From the NCBI GenBank assembly GCA_043814095.1, contig JBDRKI010000040.1, positions 1 to 12,339 of the forward strand: a stretch of DNA of 12,339 bases. The letters are read 5' to 3'. Positions 1 through 7,228 of the stretch are shown here, piece by piece (position 1 is the stretch's first letter; the number at the start of each line of letters is the position of its first letter). A program made the position numbers and the translations under genes. Under the pieces are notes generated by a model. It had not been told where the DNA came from. It saw only the letters and a list, made by a program, of their open reading frames with translations, and did not search any database. Source of the stretch: Armatimonadota bacterium (GTDB lineage Bacteria; Vulcanimicrobiota; JACPDS01; JBDRKI01).

Positions 1-208
1 AAAACAGGGTTATAATAATAAATAAAAGCAGTGTGGCTACAGTAAGAAACAATCCCAGAAACAGGCTCTGGTAGGCGTGGCAGAATAAAAAAGGCTCTTT
101 CTTTTTATCGGTTATTAAAATAAGCCATGAAACCACAAACCAGAAAGGGTAAGACAGGGCCGCTATAAATTTATCTTCTTCGTTAATAGGAGGAAGTATT
201 TCCAGCAA
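1..208 (-). CDS. DUF4870/Tic20-like small membrane protein, 5' part (runs off the left edge)
   Basis: Not in the ORF track. Manual translation from TTG at 208: MLEILPPINEEDKFIAALSYPFWFVVSWLILITDKKKEPFLFCHAYQSLFLGLFLTVATLLLFIIITLF, open to the edge. SD AGGAG at 216-220. The 'AALSY...F..HA.QSL' pattern with hydrophobic helices resembles DUF4870. Confidence 0.7.
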   Translation of the reverse strand, partial: MLEILPPINEEDKFIAALSYPFWFVVSWLILITDKKKEPFLFCHAYQSLFLGLFLTVATLLLFIIITLF

Positions 209-280
209 TTTTATTCTCCTTCATATAATATATCGTTTTTAATGATATTTATTTTCTCTGCTTTAACAGAATATTCCTTT

Positions 281-321
281 TATACAAAAGCCCGTTTGAA
301 TAATTTATCCAAACGGGCTTT
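281..321 (-). terminator. Rho-independent terminator of the M23 gene
   Basis: Perfect 12-bp inverted repeat AAAGCCCGTTTG (287-298) / CAAACGGGCTTT (310-321). On the minus strand the stem ends in TTTTGTAT. Lies about 22 nt after the stop at 344. Confidence 0.85.
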
Positions 322-343
322 ATCGTCATGTTTTTTTTATTAT

Positions 344-1369
344 TTACTTAATCTGATTTAATTTTGCCGCTATGGCTTTATACATTGTATTTTCTTTATT
401 CATGCATATTCTCGGATTCTGTCTTTCGCCGGATCTTTTTACTTCATAATGAACATGGGCTCCGGTCGCGGTCCCCGAGGATCCTATCCTGGCTATCGCC
501 TGGCCCTTTTCAACCCTCTGGCCGTATCCCGCAAGAATGCTTGAACAGTGGGCATACAGGGTTCTGTAGCCGTTACCGTGATCTATCTCAACAGTATAGC
601 CGTAGCCGCCGTCATAACCTGATTTTATAACCACACCCGAAGCAGTAGCGTAAATGGATGACCCGTAAGGCGCAATTATATCTATGCCAGTATGGAAATT
701 GCTGCCGCCGTATAAAGGATGGGTTCTCCACCCGTATTCGGAAGAAACATAACCGTCCGCAGGCCATCTTGAGGGTATTGCCGCCAGTTTTTTGAGAATC
801 TTTTCTTTTTCTTTTTTTGTCCTGTATTTTACGGCATGGTTTTTCAGGGAGGATTGTTCTTTTTTCGCCGTTTTAAGTTCTTCCTGTATCAGCTTTAATT
901 TGGCTTCCAGTTCCGCCGGTTCTAACCCGCGGCGCGAACTTGTAATGGAAACCTTTTTATCTTTATTTGTTGAGTATGTTTTTTTTGAGGGCTTAATCCC
1001 CATTATCTTCTTTATTTTGTTCTCGCCGTCCTTAACTTCTTCAAGCTCTTTTAATATCTCTTCGTTCTGCTTTTCCAGAAGTTTCGTGATGGCCTTATTC
1101 TGTTTTTCAAGTTTTTTGTTGTGCGCGGCAAGCTCTATTGTCTTGCGCTGTGAAAGAATAATAAAACCAGCTAAAATTACGGTTAAAATAAGTCCGAAAA
1201 CAAGAAGGCGCCTGGGTGTAAGCCGGTAGCTGAACATGAAATCCTTACCGTGCGGTATTACTTTTACAACCCACGCTTTTGTGTCCCGTGCTTTTTTCCG
1301 AAATGCTTCCTTTTCCTGTTTGTATCTTTTATATAATCGTTTAAGCCTTTTTACCAGTTTCTCTATCAT
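344..1369 (-). CDS. M23 family (LytM-type) peptidoglycan metallopeptidase with N-terminal TM helix and coiled coil
   Basis: 341 aa. TM segment LLVFGLILTVILAGFIIL, K/E-rich coiled coil, then IPSRWP..GYVSSEYGWRTHP, HTGID (HxxxD), LYAH and HVHYEV (HxH). SD-like GGGGGA upstream. Confidence 0.93.
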   Translation of the reverse strand: MIEKLVKRLKRLYKRYKQEKEAFRKKARDTKAWVVKVIPHGKDFMFSYRLTPRRLLVFGLILTVILAGFIILSQRKTIELAAHNKKLEKQNKAITKLLEKQNEEILKELEEVKDGENKIKKIMGIKPSKKTYSTNKDKKVSITSSRRGLEPAELEAKLKLIQEELKTAKKEQSSLKNHAVKYRTKKEKEKILKKLAAIPSRWPADGYVSSEYGWRTHPLYGGSNFHTGIDIIAPYGSSIYATASGVVIKSGYDGGYGYTVEIDHGNGYRTLYAHCSSILAGYGQRVEKGQAIARIGSSGTATGAHVHYEVKRSGERQNPRICMNKENTMYKAIAAKLNQIK

Positions 1370-1420
1370 AAATCCCCCATATCAATTAAAACAACTTTTA
1401 ACTTTCAATAATTCAAATTA

Positions 1421-1690
1421 GGCCGTGCACCCGTCTTTGTTAATATCATAAAGGCGCTTCTTATTAAAACAAGCTCCGGCCAGGTATTTCCGCGGCACAT
1501 AAAATATCTTACTTACCGTTGCTTCCTTCCGGACCTGGCGGGGTTTATAAGCTTTTATTGCACGGAGCCCGGCCATCAACGCCGTCTTAATAAGGCGGAC
1601 CCTTCACGATACTGCCTATGACGGGAATTCAATCCTGCTATAGCGGATTGCAGGTTACAGGGCACCGCTGACTCCCCATCTAGCACGGCC
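1421..1690 (-). ncRNA. ffs: Signal recognition particle RNA, large bacterial type (Alu + S domain), about 270 nt
   Basis: Minus strand starts GGCCGTGCTAGATGGGGAGTCAGCGGTGCCCTGTAACCTGCAATCCGCTATAGCAGG (Alu domain), contains the helix-8 signature GCCAGGTCCGGAAGGAAGCAACGG, and ends GGGTGCACGGCC, complementary to the 5' end. Confidence 0.96.
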
Positions 1691-1731
1691 AAGAATTCCT
1701 TGTTATTAAGGTTCTACATATATATTGATAT

Positions 1732-1760
1732 ATTATAACCATAGAACAGGCGCTTGTCTA
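1732..1760 (-). promoter_or_regulatory. Sigma70/SigA-type promoter for the SRP RNA
   Basis: Minus strand TAGACA (1755-1760), 17-nt spacer, TATAAT (1732-1737), about 40 nt upstream of the SRP 5' end. Confidence 0.8.
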
Positions 1761-1846
1761 CCCCAAAATCAAGTTAAGAAGAAGGATAGCGGGTTTATCC
1801 TATAGAATCTAAGCTGTATTAAATACACTTAAAACCGGAGCTTATA

Positions 1847-3112
1847 ATGAAACATACAAAAAACAGCGTTATATCAGCATTTATTCTGTCTTTGCTTCTA
1901 TGCTTTACCGTCCTTGTAATATACGGATGCTCTTCAACAAGCACGGGAGGAAGTTCAACCACAAGCCCCGCCCAGGATAAAGGCGGGTTAAAAATAGCGG
2001 TAAACTGGGCAGAGGCTTCTAAAATCATAAAAGCCATACCCGCTGCGGCCGTTAAAATAGCAATAGATATATATAAGGTTGAAGATGAAACAACGTCCAT
2101 TGTGCCCCAGACCCTCATAAACAGGCCGGGTTCATCATCAACCGTTTCAACCGAGATTAACGGCATACCGGTAGGTAACATAAAACTTAAGGCCGCCGCC
2201 CTTAATTCGTCGGGTGGGGTACTCGCCACGGGAAACACAACGGCCGTAATAAAACAGGGAGATAATCCTTCCGTTACCGTTGCCCTTGTAGAAAGATATT
2301 TGACCTACGCCTGGCTTGCAACGTCAAAAGAAGCACACTTAGAAGCCAGAGAAGGGTACGCCGTAATAGCGCCTAAAACCCTGGATATATCAAGAAGCAT
2401 ACACTGCGGCGTGGGAATAACAAGCGGCTTAGCAACCGTGCCGACCGTCGCTCCTCCCCCGGGAAATTATTACACGATGAATACAACGCAAAACCCTCCC
2501 CTTGAAAGGATACGCGGCGTTTATTATGCCGGCTATGACAGCTCAACAGCAGCGCCGGAATTAACCGTTAACGGGAATATTGATCTCCAGTTTGAAAACA
2601 GCACATATTATTCCTATGATTTTAACGAACCTACCTTTTTTTCCGGAGATTATACTTTTAACATAAATAATACAAATGTTATAATTAATAATACCATGGA
2701 TGATTTCTGCGATATACCGTCAATAAGCTCCCCGACGCCTCTCGGAAACATAAATTATTCAACCTGCACAACGGTGCAGTGGGAAAACCTGGGAACTGAT
2801 TATGTCTACCTTATAATGGCAAGACACGAAACAAACACATCCACCCGCACATCGGACATATTCTGGACGTCAAACGACTGGAGAAGCCTGTCAACAGCCG
2901 ATATGAATACATTTACAAATTTAATAAATGAACTTTCGGCAAATAATTACTGCACCATACCGGGAAATATTTTCACAGAGGGAAGCTCCGTAAAAGTTAC
3001 CGTAATAGCGATAAACAAAACACATTACAATGTTGACCAGACTCAGTCCATAGGAAGAACGCTCTTCCCTTACGGGGGATATACAACAACCTATACGGTT
3101 GCCGATCAGTAA
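1847..3112 (+). CDS. Hypothetical lipoprotein (secreted, predicted beta-rich)
   Basis: 421 aa. SD GGAG at 1837-1840. Basic N-terminus, hydrophobic stretch, lipobox-like IYG-C28, Ser/Thr/Gly linker, then a Thr/Asn/Tyr-rich body. No catalytic motif recognised. Confidence 0.8.
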   Translation: MKHTKNSVISAFILSLLLCFTVLVIYGCSSTSTGGSSTTSPAQDKGGLKIAVNWAEASKIIKAIPAAAVKIAIDIYKVEDETTSIVPQTLINRPGSSSTVSTEINGIPVGNIKLKAAALNSSGGVLATGNTTAVIKQGDNPSVTVALVERYLTYAWLATSKEAHLEAREGYAVIAPKTLDISRSIHCGVGITSGLATVPTVAPPPGNYYTMNTTQNPPLERIRGVYYAGYDSSTAAPELTVNGNIDLQFENSTYYSYDFNEPTFFSGDYTFNINNTNVIINNTMDDFCDIPSISSPTPLGNINYSTCTTVQWENLGTDYVYLIMARHETNTSTRTSDIFWTSNDWRSLSTADMNTFTNLINELSANNYCTIPGNIFTEGSSVKVTVIAINKTHYNVDQTQSIGRTLFPYGGYTTTYTVADQ

Positions 3113-3150
3113 TAAGGCGGCGCGGACTTGCGCCGTCTTATTGTCCGTTG
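3111..3150. terminator. Probable bidirectional terminator hairpin between convergent genes
   Basis: AATAAGGCGGCGC (3111-3123) / GCGCCGTCTTATT (3130-3142), with one G-U pair on the + strand. Sits between the stops at 3112 (+) and 3154 (-). Confidence 0.7.
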
Positions 3151-3153
3151 TTT

Positions 3154-3399
3154 TTATTTTTCACTGCTTTTTATCTCTTCCAGTTTAGAATTAATTTTTT
3201 CCAGAGCTTGTTCAAAATATTCCGCCTGCTTCTTTAACGCCTCCGCATTAGCGCCTTCTATAGATTCATACAAATCATGCCCTGCTCCTCCTGTCGGAAA
3301 GCACGGAATCCCCGATGAGTAAAATCTGTTTCTTACGCCCCGTTTCTGCGTGCACATTGACCGCGCTCCCGCAGGACCCGTTCCGTCGCCTCTTGGCAT
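3154..3399 (-). CDS. DUF5320-like small protein
   Basis: Begins MPRGDGTGPAG and ends in a coiled coil (EALKKQAEYFEQALEKINSKLEEI), the typical family layout. ATG at 3399 preferred to GTG at 3408 because that GTG is part of the SD AGGTGA. Confidence 0.8.
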   Translation of the reverse strand: MPRGDGTGPAGARSMCTQKRGVRNRFYSSGIPCFPTGGAGHDLYESIEGANAEALKKQAEYFEQALEKINSKLEEIKSSEK

Positions 3400-3425
3400 A
3401 TTAATCACCTACTTTCTTGCTTGTT

Positions 3426-3448
3426 GATAATGAAAATCATTTTCATTA
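3426..3448. promoter_or_regulatory. Fur-type box upstream of the DUF5320-like gene
   Basis: GATAATGAAAATCATTTTC (3426-3444) matches the classical Fur consensus GATAATGATAATCATTATC at 17/19. TAATGAAAAT-C-ATTTTCATTA (3428-3448) is a perfect 10-1-10 palindrome. Confidence 0.85.
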
Positions 3449-3462
3449 CTATGTTAAATTTT

Positions 3463-3915
3463 TTACCTGCACTTTTTACAAAAGCCGGTAAAATAAATTT
3501 TGTGATTTTTTATATCGAAATCGTACTTCGCAGAGAGGCCCTTTTCCGTCTGCGCAAGAAATTCTTTCTCTTTTTCCATGAAATCGGCATAATCAATTAT
3601 CTTGCCGCATTTTGTGCATACCAGATGATGATGATGCTTTTTGCCGGAAATTCCTTCTACAAGCTCATATCTTGACTTGCCTTCACCCGTGTCAATTTTA
3701 GACAAAACCCCCATATTAACAAGCAACTCAAGTGTCCGGTAGACTGTCGTAAGTCCCGTGCCGGAATGAAGCTTGCGGACCTTAAAATAAATTTCCTCCG
3801 CGGGAAGATGCCCTTCGGATTTCTTTAAAACCTGCAGTATATACTGCCGCGGAACGGTAAATCTAAAGCCGCATTCTCTAAATTTGCCGTGTATCCACGG
3901 GTGTCTCCCGCGCAT
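3463..3915 (-). CDS. Fur family metal-responsive transcriptional regulator
   Basis: 150 aa. RFTVPRQYIL, HLPAEEIY, TTVYRTLELL (winged helix), HHHHLVCTKC and C-terminal CKKC (two CxxC). SD AGGAG at 3921-3925. Metal specificity cannot be read from the sequence. Confidence 0.95.
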   Translation of the reverse strand: MRGRHPWIHGKFRECGFRFTVPRQYILQVLKKSEGHLPAEEIYFKVRKLHSGTGLTTVYRTLELLVNMGVLSKIDTGEGKSRYELVEGISGKKHHHHLVCTKCGKIIDYADFMEKEKEFLAQTEKGLSAKYDFDIKNHKIYFTGFCKKCR

Positions 3916-3928
3916 CTTATCTCCTTAT

Positions 3929-3943
3929 TGAAAATGATTTTCA
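3929..3943. promoter_or_regulatory. Second Fur-type box (autoregulatory operator)
   Basis: TGAAAAT-G-ATTTTCA 7-1-7 palindrome, with arms identical to the core at 3431-3445. Lies between the promoter and the SD of the Fur-family gene. Confidence 0.8.
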
Positions 3944-3954
3944 TTTCCATTATT

Positions 3955-3983
3955 AGCATAACATATATCTTCCGTAGAGTCAA
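3955..3983 (-). promoter_or_regulatory. Sigma70-type promoter (extended -10) for the Fur-family gene
   Basis: Minus strand TTGACT (3978-3983), 17-nt spacer, TATGCT (3955-3960) preceded by TGn. Confidence 0.75.
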
Positions 3984-4000
3984 CCGAAGATTTCTATACT

Positions 4001-5224
4001 TTACAGGTGCACAACATCTTCATCCTGGTGATACAGATAAAGAAACAGCAGCATATAATCCCTTATATGCCTTGTAATCAGGAAGTTGTTTATTATATGA
4101 GCCCTTCCGTTAATGCCGAGCCGCTTAGCGTACTCCGGCTCCTGAAGAAGCTGTTTTAAATAATAAGCGGTGCCGTCTATGGAATAAGTAAGTATGCCGG
4201 AATATTTATGTTTTATCTGAAGGGGTATGCCTCCGACAGCGCCGGCTATTACCGGTTTTGCCTTCCAGAGCGCCTCCGAAACGGTTAAACCGAATCCTTC
4301 TTTTAAGGATTTCTGCATGACAACCGTTGAGGCTCTCTGCAGGGCGTTTATCTCTATGTCGCTTGAGGGGGGGAGAAATAAAATAAATATATCTTCATCC
4401 CCGCCGGCGGCTTCCCTTACTTCTTCTAAAACCTTCATTCCTTCGGGATCGTCTGTCGCGCCGCCTCCGGCAAGCACAAGCTGGCAGTCAATGTACTTCT
4501 TAACCATTTTATACGCCTTTATAACCCCGACGGGGTCTTTTAAATAATCAAAACGGGAAACCTGAGTAACAATCGGGCGGCTCATGTCAATGCCGTAATC
4601 TCCCACTATCTGTTTAATCTGGTCTTCGGGAAGCTCCCTGTTTTTATCGCTCAGAGGATCTATTGAGGGGGATATCAGTATCTGCGGGACACCGACATTC
4701 CTAGAAAAAGCCGGGGCGGAGAAAACACTGCAGTTATATTTTTTTATGTAATTTTTAAGGAAATCCATTATAACGGGGCGGGGATTCGTAAAATCAATAT
4801 GGCATCTCCATATCCATTTTTTGCCCAGCTCTTTCTTCTTCTCCACCAGCGCGATCGGCTGCGGGTCATGAATAAATATCGTGTCCCCGTAAAAATTTAT
4901 ATCCTTGGCGTTTTCTTTATTTACTTCCAGAAAATAGTCAAAATCTTCCTTTGTTATTTCGGCATCCACCCCGTGCAGGGCGTTATGGAAATTTTTCGTT
5001 ATGTTGAAAAACCGCTCATCACCTTTTATGACATCCCAGCGCGCGTCAACACCCAGCTGTTTTAAAAGAGGTATCATCCTTATAAGTATCTCGGCAACCC
5101 CGCCGCCCACGGGCGTGGAATTTATGTTCTGTATAACCCTGTCTTTTAATTTTTCTCCCAGAAGGTAAAGCTCGTCTATAACGCTCTTCCCCACAATATC
5201 CGCATAATCTTTAATTTCTCTCAT
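4001..5224 (-). CDS. treT: Trehalose synthase (glycosyltransferring, GT4 family)
   Basis: 407 aa. TreT hallmark motifs INSTPVGGGVAEIL, HDPQP, WRCHID, QVSRFDYLKDP, DDPEG, QKSLKEGFGLTVSEALWK. Confidence 0.9.
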   Translation of the reverse strand: MREIKDYADIVGKSVIDELYLLGEKLKDRVIQNINSTPVGGGVAEILIRMIPLLKQLGVDARWDVIKGDERFFNITKNFHNALHGVDAEITKEDFDYFLEVNKENAKDINFYGDTIFIHDPQPIALVEKKKELGKKWIWRCHIDFTNPRPVIMDFLKNYIKKYNCSVFSAPAFSRNVGVPQILISPSIDPLSDKNRELPEDQIKQIVGDYGIDMSRPIVTQVSRFDYLKDPVGVIKAYKMVKKYIDCQLVLAGGGATDDPEGMKVLEEVREAAGGDEDIFILFLPPSSDIEINALQRASTVVMQKSLKEGFGLTVSEALWKAKPVIAGAVGGIPLQIKHKYSGILTYSIDGTAYYLKQLLQEPEYAKRLGINGRAHIINNFLITRHIRDYMLLFLYLYHQDEDVVHL

Positions 5225-5864
5225 ATTTTTCCACCGTGCTAATAATTTTTTTCCTTAAGCCGTCAAAAGTAATCGTGTACGGGTCCAGCCTGGCAAGCTC
5301 TTTCGCGAGATCATCCATCCCCATCCCCTTAAACCACGCCACAAAATCATTCTCGTCTTTTTCCAGCCTCATGCGCGCTTCAAATATATGGAAATAAAGC
5401 GAGCTTACGCTTACCTTCTTCAAAATTTCTAAAAATTCTTTGAGGTTATGCGCGGCATAGGGCGTAGGCAGAATAAAGCTTGTACATGCCATAAAGTGAA
5501 ATTCAAGTCCTTCGGGGCATCTCGCGTAGGTCTTTCTTTTTGAAGTATATTCTTCCAGAATTCTTATAAACGCCAGTCTTATATCCTCAAGATTTTTGTA
5601 AGTAATAATATCTATACTCGCCACCGATTCGGCAAGTTCATTCAGGTTAAGTATGGTTGTAAGCCAGTACGCGAAATCATTGGGGGGCTCGGGGCATAAA
5701 TAATTATGTATCTGAAGAAATCTGTGCGTGTGGTAATAAACAGAAGAAAGCGGGACTTTTTTTATTCCCTTAAGCAGTTCAAGGGGATTGCCTGCTTTAA
5801 TTGCCAGCAGCTTTATAAGATGCTGCTGGGTATAAAAATGAAAGGGTTTATTGTTTGCGTTCAA
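5211..5864 (-). CDS. DUF5752-like protein (TreT-associated, internally duplicated)
   Basis: 217 aa. TTG start with SD GGGGAGGA. Two similar halves (FHF...A.N..E....KKV..SS.Y.H...NDF..W). Overlaps the treT start by 14 nt. Confidence 0.8.
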   Translation of the reverse strand: MNANNKPFHFYTQQHLIKLLAIKAGNPLELLKGIKKVPLSSVYYHTHRFLQIHNYLCPEPPNDFAYWLTTILNLNELAESVASIDIITYKNLEDIRLAFIRILEEYTSKRKTYARCPEGLEFHFMACTSFILPTPYAAHNLKEFLEILKKVSVSSLYFHIFEARMRLEKDENDFVAWFKGMGMDDLAKELARLDPYTITFDGLRKKIISTVEKYERN

Positions 5865-5973
5865 TTATATTATCCTCCCCTGTTTAATTCTTTGTTTATC
5901 TATCTTCTGCAAAATTATTTTCAAAACCTTTTATTTAAGAAGGAAGTTTTATATTATTGGCAAAATTAGCCTC

Positions 5974-7221
5974 ATGGATGTAACACAGAATGTACCGTTA
6001 AACATAGCCATAGTTCTATTTCTGGGAATACTGGGAGGACGCTTAATAGCCAAGATAAAAATTCCGGAAGTTACCGGCTACTTTCTTGTCGGGATAGTAG
6101 TGGGTCCCTCTGTATGCAATATCTTAAGCCAGGAATCAATAGAACCGTTAAGGGTTATCAGTGAAATCGCCCTGGGGCTTATTCTTTTCAGTATCGGCGG
6201 AGAAATCTGCTTTGACAGGTTTAAAAAAATAGGGAGAAAAATTCTGCCTGTTGTGCTGAGCGAAGGATTCGGCACATTTACCGTTGTTCTGGTTACAATA
6301 TTTTTCATAGCCGGCACAATCATGACAAAACACGAAGCGGCCAACATGTCTGTGCTTCTCGCGTCAATAGCCATAGCTACGGCGCCTGCCGCCACACTGC
6401 TGGTTTTAAGAGAATACCATTCAAAAGGAATCCTGACGGAATATATTTTAGCCGTTGTCGCGTTAAATAATCTCCTCTGCCTTATAGTATTCAGGCTGGC
6501 TCTTCTGGGAGTAAAATTTTTCATGCCGATCGATCCGAATGACGCTTCCCTGCTTACTGCGGCCTTATTGTCTTTATGGGAAATCGCGGGATCCATACTT
6601 CTCGGAGGCATAATCGGCGGGATACTCTCTTTCTGGGCACAGAAAGAAGAAAACTTCAGCGAGCTCGTAATGATAATGGGCGGTGCGCTTCTTCTTGGCA
6701 TAGGATGCGCGAGGGCATTAAATCTCTCACCGCTTCTTACCGCCATGAGCATGGGATGCATTATCGCTAATTTTTCTCCCATGAAAAAAGAAATTTTCAC
6801 GGCAATCAAACACACAGACCCGCCTTTATACGTAAGCTTCTTTGTTCTTTCCGGAGCGGAGCTTGATATGGGTGCTTTAAAATTTATAGGCATAATCGGG
6901 GTGGGTTATGTTTTATCCAGAATAGCCGGAAAAATTATAGGCGCCTATGTGGGGGCAAATCTTGTTCACGCATCCAAACCCATCAAAAAATATCTGGGCA
7001 TAAGCTTGATTCCTCAGGCAGGCGTAGCGCTCGGGCTTGCTCTCGCGCTTAAGTGGATTCACCTTCCGGGCGAAGACGGGATGGGCGCGAAAATCCTTAC
7101 AATTATACTTGCTTCCGTTATAATATATGAAATCATAGGTCCGATATTTACCAGATTCGCGATTGTAAAAGCCGGCGAGGCACAGACAAAGACATATGTA
7201 TCTAAAGCCAAGTGGATATAA
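5974..7221 (+). CDS. Cation:proton antiporter (Na+/H+ exchanger family, CPA2-like)
   Basis: Many TM helices with KIPEVTGYFLVGIVVGP, IALGLILFSIGGE, ATAPAAT, FFVLSGAEL, RIAGKIIGA, LIPQAGVALGLA. ATG at 5974 (415 aa) chosen because the 5851 start overlaps the divergent gene. No clear SD. Confidence 0.88.
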   Translation: MDVTQNVPLNIAIVLFLGILGGRLIAKIKIPEVTGYFLVGIVVGPSVCNILSQESIEPLRVISEIALGLILFSIGGEICFDRFKKIGRKILPVVLSEGFGTFTVVLVTIFFIAGTIMTKHEAANMSVLLASIAIATAPAATLLVLREYHSKGILTEYILAVVALNNLLCLIVFRLALLGVKFFMPIDPNDASLLTAALLSLWEIAGSILLGGIIGGILSFWAQKEENFSELVMIMGGALLLGIGCARALNLSPLLTAMSMGCIIANFSPMKKEIFTAIKHTDPPLYVSFFVLSGAELDMGALKFIGIIGVGYVLSRIAGKIIGAYVGANLVHASKPIKKYLGISLIPQAGVALGLALALKWIHLPGEDGMGAKILTIILASVIIYEIIGPIFTRFAIVKAGEAQTKTYVSKAKWI

Positions 7222-7228
7222 TAATCTG

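Noticed and set aside
1847-3112. YG motifs (IYG, PYG) in the lipoprotein as substrates for the PlpX-like rSAM
   Set aside because: The gene is about 9 kb away, unlinked and oppositely oriented, and YG dipeptides are common.
1580-3140. TAATAAGGCGG and CGCCGTCTTA occur both inside the SRP gene (1580-1598) and in the hairpin at 3110-3140, suggesting an att site or target duplication around the lipoprotein gene
   Set aside because: The blocks are in swapped order and are near reverse complements of each other, so this is effectively one match of about 11 nt. It is internal to the RNA rather than at its 3' end, and no integrase is present. Probably chance.
3624-3636. (GAT)n microsatellite
   Set aside because: It encodes the HHHH metal-binding motif of the Fur-family protein.
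5851-5973. 41-aa N-terminal extension of the antiporter
   Set aside because: It overlaps the start and SD of the divergent gene and reads like translated AT-rich intergenic DNA. The family-like sequence starts at Met 5974.
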